Assembly: GCF_006345805.1 (NCBI RefSeq) | Contig: NC_043012.1 | Coordinates: 44,392,001-44,456,000 of the forward strand | Reading direction: 5' to 3' | Length of the DNA: 64,000 nucleotides | From: Octopus sinensis | Lineage: Eukaryota | Shown: positions 37,346 through 50,330 of the stretch, piece by piece | How positions within the stretch are numbered: the stretch's first letter is position 1 | How the letters are laid out: every line of letters begins with the position of its first letter | Position numbers and translations under genes: made by a program | Notes under the pieces: generated by a model | Told to the model about the DNA's origin: nothing | Databases searched by the model: none | Seen by the model: only the letters and a program-made list of their open reading frames with translations

Positions 37346-40300
37346 TATATATATATATGTGTGCGTACAGATACATATATGTTTTAGCATGTTTTGGATA
37401 TTGGCCATAAGCTCCGATTTACTCCTAGCATTTACATTGCCTCAATTCACTTACTTTTCTGGAATAATTATCAGATTTACTAAGAATCTTATTTGTGATA
37501 TGTTGGCATTCTATGCAGGAGATTATCTCTCTGCTTTATACTATGAAATTGTAGCTAAGAAGTTTTTAAAATCTCTTTGGTTTAGAATGGTGTTTGCATA
37601 TTTTCTGGAGTCTGTATATGTATATGAGCTGTATATTATATTACTTATTAAATGAAAAATGTGAATTATTTTCAATTGATTAATGCTAGCTTAATGTATG
37701 GAATTAAGTGCCATAATTCAGCAAAAAAACAAGCACAGTATTCGCTATCTTTCAAGTGCTGTAGTGATATTAAGTATGAAGCTATTAAATATGTTCCTTG
37801 AATTCAGTACTAAAACACAAAAAATATAAGGAAAATGGAAACAGAATAAAAACTGTTAGTGTAATTGTCAATGCAGAGCTTCAGTGTACATGTATAGGTT
37901 TCATTATATGAGGGTTGGCTGTAAACTTCATAAGCTGACTAAGATATTCTCATTAAATGTAAACAAATGAGGTTTACTTTTCAACCTAGTCCCCCATTGC
38001 AGTCCACACACTTCTATCAGTGTTGCAGTCCTTGAATCCCATTGGTGAAGAAGCTTTCATCATTACTAAGTAATTGAATGAAACACAGAGCATTTCAAAA
38101 TAAATAATGAAAGGGTCAATAAGTCATGCTCATATCCATCTTGCTTTTGGTGGCCTGAGGACTCACATGAGGAGTCACCAGGTGGAGTGAATTGTAAACA
38201 TGGGTGAATGGTGGTAATAGTAATGGGAGTGTGTTGTTGATTGTCTGTTTGGTTGGCTTCTTTTTTCCTGTCTTCTCACTGAACACTCATACATCATCTT
38301 TGACAGGAGAGTCCATCATGTATATGCCTTTTATCTTTTAATCATTTCATTTATCAGACCATGACTGTGGCCATGTTGGAGCACCACTTTCAAGAAGTTT
38401 TAGTTGAGTAGTTCAAACACAGTACTTATTTTTCATAAGCCTAGTACTTAATCTATTGGTCTCTTTTGTTGAACCACTAAGTTACAGGGATGTAAATACA
38501 CCAACACCAGGTGTCAAGTAGTGGTGGAGGACAAACACAGATACAGTTACATACACACACACACACACATGCTCATACACACACACACACTCATACACAC
38601 ACACACTCATACACACACTCACACATATATGATGACAGGCCTCTTTCAGTTTCCATCTACCAAATCCACTCACAAAGTTTTGGTTGGCCCAAAGCTATAG
38701 TAGAAGACATTTGCCCAGGTTGCCACACATTGAGGATGAATTTGAAACCATGTGGTTGGGAAGCAAACTTCTTATCTCACAGCCACGTCTGTGCCTATAT
38801 GCTCACTCGTTTCCAGGACTGGACATAAATGATAGAGTGAAAATACTTGGGTACTAACATATTACTCGAGTTTATCACTGATTTTGCCAGGTCCTGAGGT
38901 GCCCGTTTACCAGTAACATTAAGTGAGATTTGAAATCAAAATAAAACAGATATCACATGGCCTCCCAGCTGAAGTTCTGGTTTTATTTATCAACGTCTGA
39001 AAGGATGAAAAAACAATTGATCTTGACATGATTTGAACTCAAAGCACAGAGAATTGGATCAAATACTGTAAGACATCCTGCTTCAAGAGTGACCACACAG
39101 TGGCTTCCACAGGTTCTGTTAGTGTGTGAATTCTGTTATTGTTTTTCTGCCCAATTTCATTTCACTAATGCACTTACCGTACTACCTTTCTCCCTTTCTC
39201 TCTATATCTATCTGTGTGTATGTGTGTGTGTGTACACATACACACATACTTTCTTTCTCTCTCTCTCTCTCAGTTCTTGTTTCTGTATCATGCCTGCTTA
39301 GAAATATAGACATGAATGCAGTACAGATAACGGATAGCAATCAGTTTCTCTTTGTCTTCTCACATTCATAAAATGCTGCACCAATATTTCATTCTCACAC
39401 ACACACAGACACCATTTCTTACTTTTTTCCCCCCGTCTCTCCCTCCTGTTTCCTCATCTCCATTGTAATCTCCCTCCTCTCTTCTATATAACAGCACTCA
39501 GGTTACACAGTGGTGCTCCTACACACATTCACACCCAAATATACACAGAGACAGAGAAAGGAAGAGTAAGACTTGCTATGTGTACTTCCAATCAATGACT
39601 CCATGGTCAGCTATATTATTAATGAATATATATTAAAAATACACGTCCATTAAACCTATTAGGTCACACACACACACACTCACATTGTACTTTTATTTCT
39701 ATGGTACTTTCATTTCATACTATGAACATCATAATGAGCCAACAAATGAGTAACTGTGCCAGAGGTGAGGAATCTTTTAGTGCAACGGGAAAATTGCAAG
39801 TGCATAAGACACTTGATGGGGGTGTTGGGGAGGCACATCAATGATGAGCAAAATAACGAACCTTTAGTTGTTTTACTTGACGAGGAATTGTCAAGAAGAA
39901 ATCAATATTATTTTATAGAAGTCAACTTCGTCTTTCACCCTTCCCGGGCCCCAAAAGTTCAGGCCCTGTGTCTATAGTAGAAAGGATTATTATAATTAGA
40001 TGAACCTTTAGCATGCCTATGCAGAACCTTTAGCACGCAAAATGCCTTGTGGCATTTTGCCTGTCCTTACGTTCTGAGTTCAAATTTCTATGAGGTTGAT
40101 TTTGTCTTTCATCTTTTCAGGGTCGATAAAGTAAGTACCAGTTAAACACTGGGGTCAATGTAATTGACTCGTCCCCTCCCCCCAAAATTTGAAACCATTA
40201 TTATTATTTGTATTAGCAGAATCATTATTATATCAAACAAAATGCGTAGTATTCCGTTCAGTTCTTTATATTTTGAGTTCCAATCTCACCAAAGTCAACT

Positions 40301-41529
40301 TTAATTTTTATCCTTCCTGGGTTGATAAAATAAAGTTACTTGTCAAGAACAGGGGTTGATTTCATCAACTAACCCCTTCCCCTCAAAACTGTTGACCATG
40401 TGCCTACTTTGGAAACAATTATTATTATTATTATTATCACTAAGGTGGCAAGCTGGCAGAAACGTTAGCACGCCGGGCGAAATGCTTAGCGATATTTCGT
40501 CTGTCTTTATGTTCTGATTTCAAATTCCGCCAATGCCTCTCATCCTTTCGGGGTCAATAAATTAAGTACCAGTTGTGTACTGGGGTCAATGTAATCAACT
40601 GGCCCCCTCCCCCCAAATTTCGGGCCTTGTGCCTAGAGCAGAAAAGATTATTATTATCACTGTTCTGATGACTTAAAATACCCAATATTTCACTGCCTCA
40701 TCCCACATCTTCCTGAGCCTATCTCTTCCACAGGTTCCCTCCACAATTAGAGACCAGCACTTCTTTGCTCAACTGTCCTTGTCCATATGTGCATCACATG
40801 ACCATACTGTTTCAATTAATTTAGAAAATCAAGAATTTGAAAGGTTTCAGTAAAATAACTTTGTCATTGCTGATGTTTGGAACATATCTTAATAAAATTT
40901 CTTACAATTAATTTGATCAGGAACCCTTTTAAAACAAGATGTATTTTTTTGTCCAAACCACAGGTGATTTCAAATAGTTTGAAATCATAAAAGTTAAATG
41001 AAACGTTCATCAGGTTTACAGTATTGCTAGTGCCTGCTTACAGCATTGAATTATAATCACAATGTCTTACCTCTTTAAAACCAGGGGTGTGGTCAGTTTA
41101 AATGCATCAACCAAAAACACAGCACAGTGACATTGACAGGCTTTGAGGATGGTTATTCTGATATTCTTAATGATGATAATTTCAAATTTTGGCTCAAGGC
41201 CAATTGAGGAGGGATGCAGTTGGTTACATCAATCTTTTATTTGACTGCTACTTTCTTTTATTGACCACAAAAGGATAAAAGGCAAAATTGACTTTGGCAG
41301 TATTTGAACTCAGAGTGTAAAGAACCAGAAGATATGCCAAATAATGATCATTTCTATTGGCCCAATGACCCAAGAAGTTGGGAATGGTATGAAATACAAA
41401 ATAGTGGGACTTTACATCAAGTAAAAAAGTGAAATCAACAAAAACAATAGATAAGTTACCAACAATAAAAGTTCCCAAGAAGGGGAAAAAAAAACTACTT
41501 TGAAAATTCTAGGTGAATAGTCTCCTCTC

Positions 41530-42300
41530 TAAGTTTCTTGCTGCTTGTCTATAGTCATGTAAGACTTAGCTTTGTCAGTTTCATTGCTCTGAACCACTTT
41601 GTGTAAAACACACTGGATCACACTACCTTCCTTTCCACCTTCACTTGTCTCTTTAAGCAGTACATGAAGAAGCTGATGCGAACTTGGTCCGAGAAGAGAT
41701 ACTCTGTTTTAAAACCTTTTAACTGTGTTCAATGCTCAACTTCTTTCAGCATAGACACAAAGCAGATGACCAGTTACTCTTCCTTCCCCAAGTAAGGTGG
41801 TGTCACTCTTTACAACTGACTCCCTTGTTAGTCAGATTTATCAGGCATTTGATAGCAAGTATTTGACAATAAGTCCTCAAGTCAACAAATCACAGACACT
41901 GATCAGTTGATCAGAATGGCTTCAGTACCTGCATGCATCTCAGGCAGGTTTGGTTGCTGGCACTTTCGTGTCTGTAGAGCGTACCCTGAACTGGCAATCC
42001 TTCCTCCCTGCCACATGCAGTACTGCAAAGCCTTTTGAAAATAATCCATAATCCCTGATCTGAAAATTCCCTGGGAGAAAATGTTCTGAATGTCCTCATC
42101 AATACCCAGAAATATTCTCAAGCTGTATTTTTATAGAATACAAAGCCTGGCTTTCCATCGACTGCATTGTCCAGCTGTTAGAGTGCAGTGAGTGCCTGAC
42201 AAATGCCCGACCTTGCTCAATCAAAAAAGGTCACTGGGATTAGCTCAATCAAAAAAGGTCACTGCAAAAAGCCTTGTCATACAAAAATGTTTACTGTCGA
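41530..42300 (-). mobile_element. Decayed L1/Tx1-clade LINE, 3' end of ORF2
   Basis: Translation includes QKALQYCMWQG and SFFMYCLKRQVKVERKVV..VFYTKW, resembling the Tx1-type C-terminus as I recall it. Many stops. Confidence 0.55.
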
Positions 42301-45300
42301 TGTCATCACAGTTGTCCAAGAATCTTTCCCGATGCATCACCCTCAGCATTCATCATCTTCATCATCATACATCCTTTTTTCCATGCTAGCATGGATTGGA
42401 CAGTTTGACAAGAACAGATGAACCAGAGGGCCCCATCAAGTCCTGTGTTTGCTTGGGCATGGTTTCCACAGCAAAATGATCTTCCTGAAACCAACCACTT
42501 AACAGAGTGTATTAGGTGCTTTTTACTGGGTACCAACACGGGTGAGATCACCAAGTGCCCACAAAATAAGACCTCCTCAACTGAGCAGGGAATAGACTGG
42601 AGAAAGAATCTAGGACAGAGGGAGAAGAAAGTGAGAGAGAGAGAAAGAAAGAAATGTAAGGTCTAGGTTACAACATGAATATGAGAACACAATAAGAAGT
42701 GCACAGGATGAAAATAGTGCAACAGATGATTAGAAATAGGGAATGAGTTGGACCCAAAAAATATCAATTCAATGTAGCAAGAAGTGAAGAAAATAGATGA
42801 GTTGTAAGGGAAGCCTCATCTCTGCCAAGATGGACAGGTCTTCTCAAGTGCAGTGCAATTTCATTTATCTCAATCCCCTTTATATCTCATCTGAGAGGCT
42901 CAACATCTTTAGGTCAGTCTTGACCACTATGTCCCATGTCTTCCTTGATCTACCTCATCAACATGTTCCTTCCACATTTAGCAATCAGCACTTCTTTATA
43001 CGGCTGTCCTCATTCTTACACAATAACAACAACAACAACAACAACAACAATAATACTCCTTTCTACTATAAAGCACAAGGCCTGAAATTTGAGGGTTGGA
43101 GACTAGTTGATTACATCAACCCCAGTGCTTCACTGGTCCTTAATTTATTGACCCCCAAAGGGATGAAAGGCAAAGTTTACCTCAGCAAAATTTGAACTCA
43201 GAATGTAAGATCAGACGAAATGCCGCTAAGCATTTTGCCCAGCATGCTAATGATTCTGCCAAATCGCTACCTTCATGATAATAAAAAGAAGAAGAAGCAA
43301 GCTGGATACCCAACGCATTACACGCACAACACACAATGCAGACACTAATACGACAAAAGACTGCACCACACCTCAAAACAAAAAAAAAACTGATGCAATA
43401 CAATACCAGGAAGAGTTTGCACACTCAGCAACAAAAAGAACACAATACTGCACACCCCACCCCAGCAACATGGAGGTGTAGCAGATGATGCAGTAGAAAT
43501 TTGCCTGAAACTACCATATGTTGAACAACAATAATAATAATCCTTTCTATTACAGGTACAAGGCCTGAATTTTTTGTGTGTGTGTGTGTGGTGGTGGGGG
43601 AGAGCTAGTTAATTACATTGACCCTAATACATGTCAAGTATTCATTTTATCGACTCCAAAAGGATGAAAAGCAAAGTCAACCTCAGCGGAATTTGAACTC
43701 AGAACGTAAAGACGGATGAAATGCCACTACACATTTCATTTGATGTGCTAATAATAATTCTGCCAGCTTGTAAATAATAGAAGTTATTTCTGATTTAAGC
43801 ATGGCCAGCAATTTTGAGACAAGGAAGTTAGTCCGTACAATCAACCCTAGTATTTGACTGGTACTTTATTTTATTGATCATGGTACGGTCTAAAGGCAGG
43901 ATTTGAACTTTGAATGTAAAGAACTGGAAGAAATACCATGTCTACTGATCTAATTATCTTGCCTACCTTCACTCCATAGAAATAATGGATAATGATTTTG
44001 TTTACAATGAGGGCAATACAAATAAAAAAACAATTTAAATTCACTAACAAAAACAAAACTTTTAATGCTATAAACACATTCTTATGCTGCACTGAACTAA
44101 AACCAGGTCAGTTTATACACCTGAAATTCACTCAGCCATTCATTCTCTTCTGGGTATTGCTTGTTTAAGGAGTGGTGGTAGGGGTGGCCTCTTTACTTCC
44201 TGTCTATATTTATAGATTCAGACAGTTTCCACAGAGAGGCCAGGGTCATGTTCTAATTGGTCCCCGCCACCTCTTATTGCTACTATTGACTCAATAGTTA
44301 GTTTAAAAGACCTATGTATTAAGGAGCACTCTATGACACATTGTAAATTTCAGATGGTAGTGGCAGTGGTGGTGATGAGAGCACTCATTTTTCTGTTTAA
44401 CCATTGAATGTCAGCAGTTTTATACCTGGATTTAATGCCATTCATATACATTCCTAAAATAGATCAGTGATATTTATAAACATTGTAGTTTGGGCAGGCT
44501 TTCATGTAGAAATCAATAAACAGATGCTTAAGATTGATTAGACTTATATAGATTTTACACACGGTACAAGTTCTGGGCAGATATTTACGAAAACAGATGA
44601 ACAACTAGACATGCATGTGTGCGCGCACACACACAGCGTTGACATATATTGATCTTTATAATGTCTACAATATAGTCACATACATCCCAATGGATGTCTG
44701 TGTATATTGATCACAAATTAGTGTCTACAACATACACACACATATATGAGAATAACAGTTGAAGAAATTGCTGCAGTGAAAGAGTTAATTATACATATAT
44801 TTATTTATAAGTGAGGACCTGGTAAAGGCTCTTTATTATAGCTGGCTAAGTTTACCGTGTTGAAATTAGTTACAGTTCACTCTTACTATCAGCAGGATAC
44901 AGTGCCTTAACTTTTTTTTTAATAATATTTCCTATGGAATATACTACGTGTTTCAATTAATTTTGGTAAAAAAAAATCAAGAATTTTTGGAGGGATTTAG
45001 TAAAATAATTATGTCGTTCATTTTCAAGCTGATGCTTGGAGCATGATATAACTGAATGAAATTACATGAAACTGTTTTTTTTTTTTTTGCTTCAATCATT
45101 CTAAGTCTTTTTTTTTTTATTTGGTGATGTTTATCACCTTGGTTATATTTACTATCACTAACATATCCCGAGAAGTAGTCCCATAGAATTAAAGTTATTG
45201 GACACACAGAAATCATGCATATTCTTGTCTCCATGGTTGATGAGAGATTCTCTTTGTGTATTGTCCTTTTACACATATTGTTTCTGTGTCTCACTTTGAT

Positions 45301-45871
45301 TTTTACTCCATAAAATGACAGAAATTTTAGATTCATATATGAACACTTTAAAATTAGAGGTTTTGTATCATACAACTACAGGCACCTCAAATGGGCTGGT
45401 TTCAAAAAAAGCTAGTCAAACTCTATGAACGGGTAGCGGGTATGGAAGAAATTAATCATGCAGACAAATTCAGTAGATTCTCCATTTGTGACATTGCCAA
45501 AAAATTGGTGTCAGCATCTCACCATCTGCCATGCTCTGTCATTAGATTAAAGGTTAACAGTTCATAATCTATCCCTGGTGGTTTGTCACTAGGACTAGGT
45601 TCAACTTGTAGGAAATATTCTCACAGCTGCAGCCTATATATGTACTTGGCTTATTAGTTTACTTTCTCACATGAGGCTTTTGTTATCAGTACTTCAGTCA
45701 AATCTTCTCATTGATTTCCCTGCCTTTATTCTGGTGTCTGTGTATAAGAGAGACTTAGCTAGCTACAATAAAGAATCTTTACCAGGGCCTCATTTAGAGA
45801 TAAATTTATAAATAATTAACTCTTTAGCTGCTGTAATTTCTTCAGCTGTTACTCTCATATATATATAGATG

Positions 45872-45907
<36 letters not shown>

Positions 45908-46211
45908 TGTAGTAGTAGTAGTAAACTATTTTGAATAATACTGTTACTGTTGTTATTATCATTATTATTAGGGTGGCAAGCTGGCACACGAGGCAAAATG
46001 CTTCATAGCATTTCATCCATCTTCATGTATTGAGTTCAAATTCTGCTGAGATTGAATTTGCCTTTCATCCTCTCAGGGTCAATAAAATAAGTACCAGTAG
46101 ATCACTGGGGTTGATGTAATCGACTTAGCCCCTCCCTTGACATAACTGACTTTGTGTGTGAAAACATCATCATTATCAGTATTATTATTATCATTATCAT
46201 TATTATTATTA

Positions 46212-46260
<49 letters not shown>

Positions 46261-46284
46261 TACTACTACTACTACTACACTTTT

Positions 46285-46518
46285 TATTTACATTTGACGG
46301 ATATTTGTCCTCATCTTTGTTGTTAACACAACTTTTCGGCTGATATACCCTCCAGCTTTCATCAGGTGTCTTGGGGAAATTTGAACCTGGGTTCTCATTC
46401 CTAAGGTAGTTTTCAATGTTATTATTATTATTCAGGTCACTGCTTGGAATCGAACTCAAAATCTTGGGGTTAGTAGCCCGCGCTCTTAACTGCTACACCA
46501 TATGCCCAATAATAATAA

Positions 46519-46559
<41 letters not shown>

Positions 46560-46724
46560 ACATCAAAAAATACCTTAGGAATGAGAACCCAGGTTCGAAA
46601 TTTCCCCAAGACACCTGATGAAGGCTGGAGGATATATCAGCTGAACCGTTAAGTTAACAACAAACAAGATGAGGACAAATATCTGTCAATTGTAAATAAT
46701 TCTTCATCTCTTAAATATAGAACT
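46285..46724. mobile_element. Head-to-head pair of family E SINEs (tRNA head plus hammerhead-containing tail)
   Basis: The left copy (-, 46,285-46,507) has a tRNA-like head GGGCATATGGTGTAGCAGTTAAGAGCGCGGGCTACTAACCCC. The right copy (+, ~46,558-46,724) is headless. Both contain CTGATGAA...GGCTG..CAGC.GAA. Confidence 0.85.
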
Positions 46725-48779
46725 GTACACTTTTTATTGTTATTGTGTGCTTTCACTGCACAGCCAACTGCAGTTTTTGGCTCCATGAGAATATGCAGTG
46801 TTTTGTATTAGGTTTGGTATTAGCTACTGTGTTGAAAATATTCGACATAATTTTAAGAACTCTGCATAATATGTGTGCAATGCCTAGCAGTACTATTTTC
46901 TGTAGGTTGTGTATATTTTGTTTATATAATTGCCTGTATTATCATTTGCAAAGTACTTATTATGGGGATTGTGTTTTGTTTCCTATCTCCATGTTCCAGA
47001 TATTACTTTTACCAGATATTCATATTTGGATGGTTTCTTTCAGAGATATTTTGTTGTGTTACAATGAAAACGTCAACTAAGTGGCATGTATTTATTTTGG
47101 TTTTTAGTGGTCGTGTCTTGGCAGTTTACCTTAATTTCCCTTATATCTGAATCAGCACTTACTTGAATATAGTCACATTAATCATTATCTAAGATATTTT
47201 GTTCTCTTCATAACATCTTTTTTTATCTATGTGCCTGTTACTGATGCTGAAATAGTTTCCAAAGTATGAAGCAACCAACCCTGTCATTTTTGCTTATCCC
47301 TTCAACATTCAGATTTTTTTTTTTTGTCAAATGTATTGCTTTATTCATATGGTTCTGAATTAATCACACATTTTCTTGCAACTTCAAGATTTCAGTGGTG
47401 TGTATGTAATATTTTTAGAATGACGTTGCAGGGTTGGTGTTAGAGATTAGATCTGGTTAGTTTGATCAGAGGAACCAGAAAGAAAGCGATTGCTTGTTTC
47501 TTCACGTGATATTATGTAGTCACATTTCAGTTGTTTTTTTTTTAAGTAGTAATTTTTAATAACATTTTTTAACTGTTTATTTTCTTTTTTTTTTCTTATT
47601 TTAATTTTTATTCTCCATATTATGATTATTATTTTGATCTATATCCTGCTCAGTCAAACTTTTCCTTTCATGCTACTAGGGTCATAAAGTAAATGCCAGT
47701 TAAGTATTGAAGTCAATATAGTTTTGAGTTGGGTTACTACAAAATGTATTGTCTTGTGCTAATATTAAGAAGCACACACATATGCTAGGGCTATGTGTGG
47801 CATCTGCAGAGGAACCTTGAAGGGTAACCAATATAGTATTAATTCGCAAAGATGTCTCTTCCTTACACAATTAAGGCAAAGTCAAAAGAAGATATGGGAG
47901 TCTGACAGATGAAGTATTTCCAGGCACTCACAGTACTCCATTCTCACATTTTATAGATGTTTAGCAGAGAACATGAACAATGACGACTTCAGGTTACTTA
48001 GGGTTTTGTGAAGGCATGTTAAACAGGACCGTTCTAGAGCATGTTTAAGTTGAGCCTTATGGATAACTTTCAGAAAACCTTTCCTGGACAAGCTGAACAA
48101 ACATAATGGTTTAATTAGCAGGATATGTTGTACACTCCTGAAAGTTTGTAGCAGTTTACTGTTATTATGAAGAAGTGTAGCACTGCAGTTAGGTGGCCTA
48201 TGACAAAAGGGATTACCCTTGTAATATGCCAGGAAAGCTATTTTTGTTATCGCATTGCAATATAGTGGTGCTATGGCAACTCCAGCCAATCAGGGCTGGA
48301 TGTGTATTAATATCAAAAGCAGTTCTATTAATACCAAAAGCAGAAAAGTGGGTGTTTTAACCAGTTAGCAGAAAGATAGTATACGAGCAACATCGGAACA
48401 GCCTCTTTGTTTTTCACACCAACTTCACACCACTAACTCAGATTACATCATGAACAGTATATTTTCGTTTACACTAACTCAGTTTCTGTTAGCTTATAAT
48501 GACTTCCAACTGAATCCATATTTCAAATGTAAGCTATAAAGCTTTCTCTGACTCATGCACACTCATATTGTTTGTCAATTCTCATCATTCTTTAATAAAT
48601 TAAATGATTTTGAATAAAAATGCCTTCTGATATTCCATTACACATACTTCTCAAAATCTCTCTTACAGGACCTCTCTATGAATACTTTCACTAAAGTGGT
48701 AACCTTTTACCAACATTCCCCTATACTCTACTTAGATTTGAAATTGGTTCATTTGGAACAGTATCCTATGACAACAGAA

Positions 48780-50330
48780 ATCCTAGATTCTTAAATCTTG
48801 CACTTCTCTATGATATTCAAGATTATGAAAATATGTTCAACTCCACTGTTCCTTAATTCAAAAATATACTGCAATAAGGAGGTAAAATCCTCTTTATCCC
48901 TAGATCTGAGTGAGTGTATATGCTGGTTGTATCTAATATTGCAGATGTTTGTTGTAATTCCTCTATAATTCTTTATGATATCATTTGTGCGGATTATGCT
49001 TGCTCTAATTATCACCACTCTAAAGAGACAAGACCCTATATGTTGGCAGTTTAGAGTGTTTCTAAAGTTACACGCTGGTTGTTTAAACTATAGGTTTGTT
49101 AGATATATATTTTAAGTTGTGGTTTAATATCAGGGAAAAGATGTTATCTAGACAACTGTAGCTCACATTCTCATTATAAGTGTTGAAGAGCTTGTGGTGT
49201 TTGTGTGTAGTTGGGAAATCAATTCTTAATAGAAACAGGAAGTTCCTAGGTGTGTTGATGATTATATTCATGCTGTAGGGAGGGCTGAACCAAATTATAC
49301 TTTTGCCCACCCCCCATTCTGCTCTTATGCGGTGAGAAGTGTTCCTGTACACTTTTTCTCATTAATGCTACTTCTTATCCATGACAATGGATAGGTTGGA
49401 AATTATTCTGCTTATGCTATCAACAAGGTTATTAGTTATGACTATGGGAGGAGGGGTATTATACATGTATGCAGGTACATGGTTTCTTAAGTCTGCTTTC
49501 AGTAGAAACAGTGATTGTGGTTGGATCTAGTGATATGTCTGAAAAGTTGGCAATTCTTAAATTGTCCAAATTGTGTTTCTTAAATATTCTGATCAAATCT
49601 TTTCTAAATTACATGTGGTTGTGTGGTTGTTTATATTAAAGAAAATTACTTAACCGTCATTTTTCTTCAGAGCAGAACTAGTAGGATTCATTTATTGAAG
49701 GTATATAAAATGAAAAATCTCACAAGATTGGTTATTTCTTCTTTGTTAGCTTTTTTTGTCAAATAAAGAGTTGACCTTTTTTGTTTTTTTAACTTTTTAA
49801 GAGTTGTCATGATATAAGAGCAACTTCCTGGCAGCTTTCATTATAATTTCGGTGAGAATGTCACTAATAATGGTAAATGTGTTCTTGAATTCCCATGCTT
49901 TCAGTTTAAGATATTTAAATATAAGCTACATAAAAAAAAAACATTACATCAAATTGGGAATTTGTAGAATGCTTTGTTTTGGCTTGGTGATAATGGCACC
50001 ACAATGCTATTATGCTAAGCTTATGTTGTTATAGTCTTTAGGTTAACTGCTTGAGTATATGCTTGCAAACTAATTCATTCATTTTAGGAGGTTTTTAGTC
50101 TTAAAGGTGATGTAGAGTCTATGCACATCAGGCATTCTCTGCAGTTTTCAAATTTTTTGTATGTTTCAGTGGTGTTCTCTGGCAGGAATTTGTGGCACTA
50201 TCTTTCTTGTTTTTTTTTTTGCAAGTATGTGGGATAGTGGGGGGTGGGGATTGTTTGAGTGTTAGAATGTTCTGGAAGGAGTTAGTGTGGTTTTACTCTA
50301 ACTTTTGCTTTTCTTAAATTGGTAAAATTG
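48780..50330 (-). mobile_element. Decayed Penelope-like element (RT, linker and GIY-YIG endonuclease)
   Basis: KSIIWFSPPYSMN...FPTTHKHHKLFN...VSYSCLDN (49083-49352) is the Penelope linker motif. YRGITTN..NIRYNQHIHS...TSLLQYIFELRN (48791-49018) is GIY-YIG-like. KDLIRIFKKHNL and ARKLLLYHDN are RT remnants upstream. Confidence 0.85.

Noticed and set aside
45400-45545. Tc1/mariner helix-turn-helix-like fragment, and mariner-like ends at ~37,905 and ~59,145
   Set aside because: They are too short and decayed, and no paired TIRs or target duplications could be established.
46440-46507. tRNA genes
   Set aside because: All tRNA-like segments (families A, B, E and the 3.5-kb element) run directly into SINE bodies and lack a closed acceptor stem.
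47951-48289. 112-aa ORF in unique sequence
   Set aside because: No recognisable domain, and ORFs of this length are expected by chance across six frames of 64 kb.
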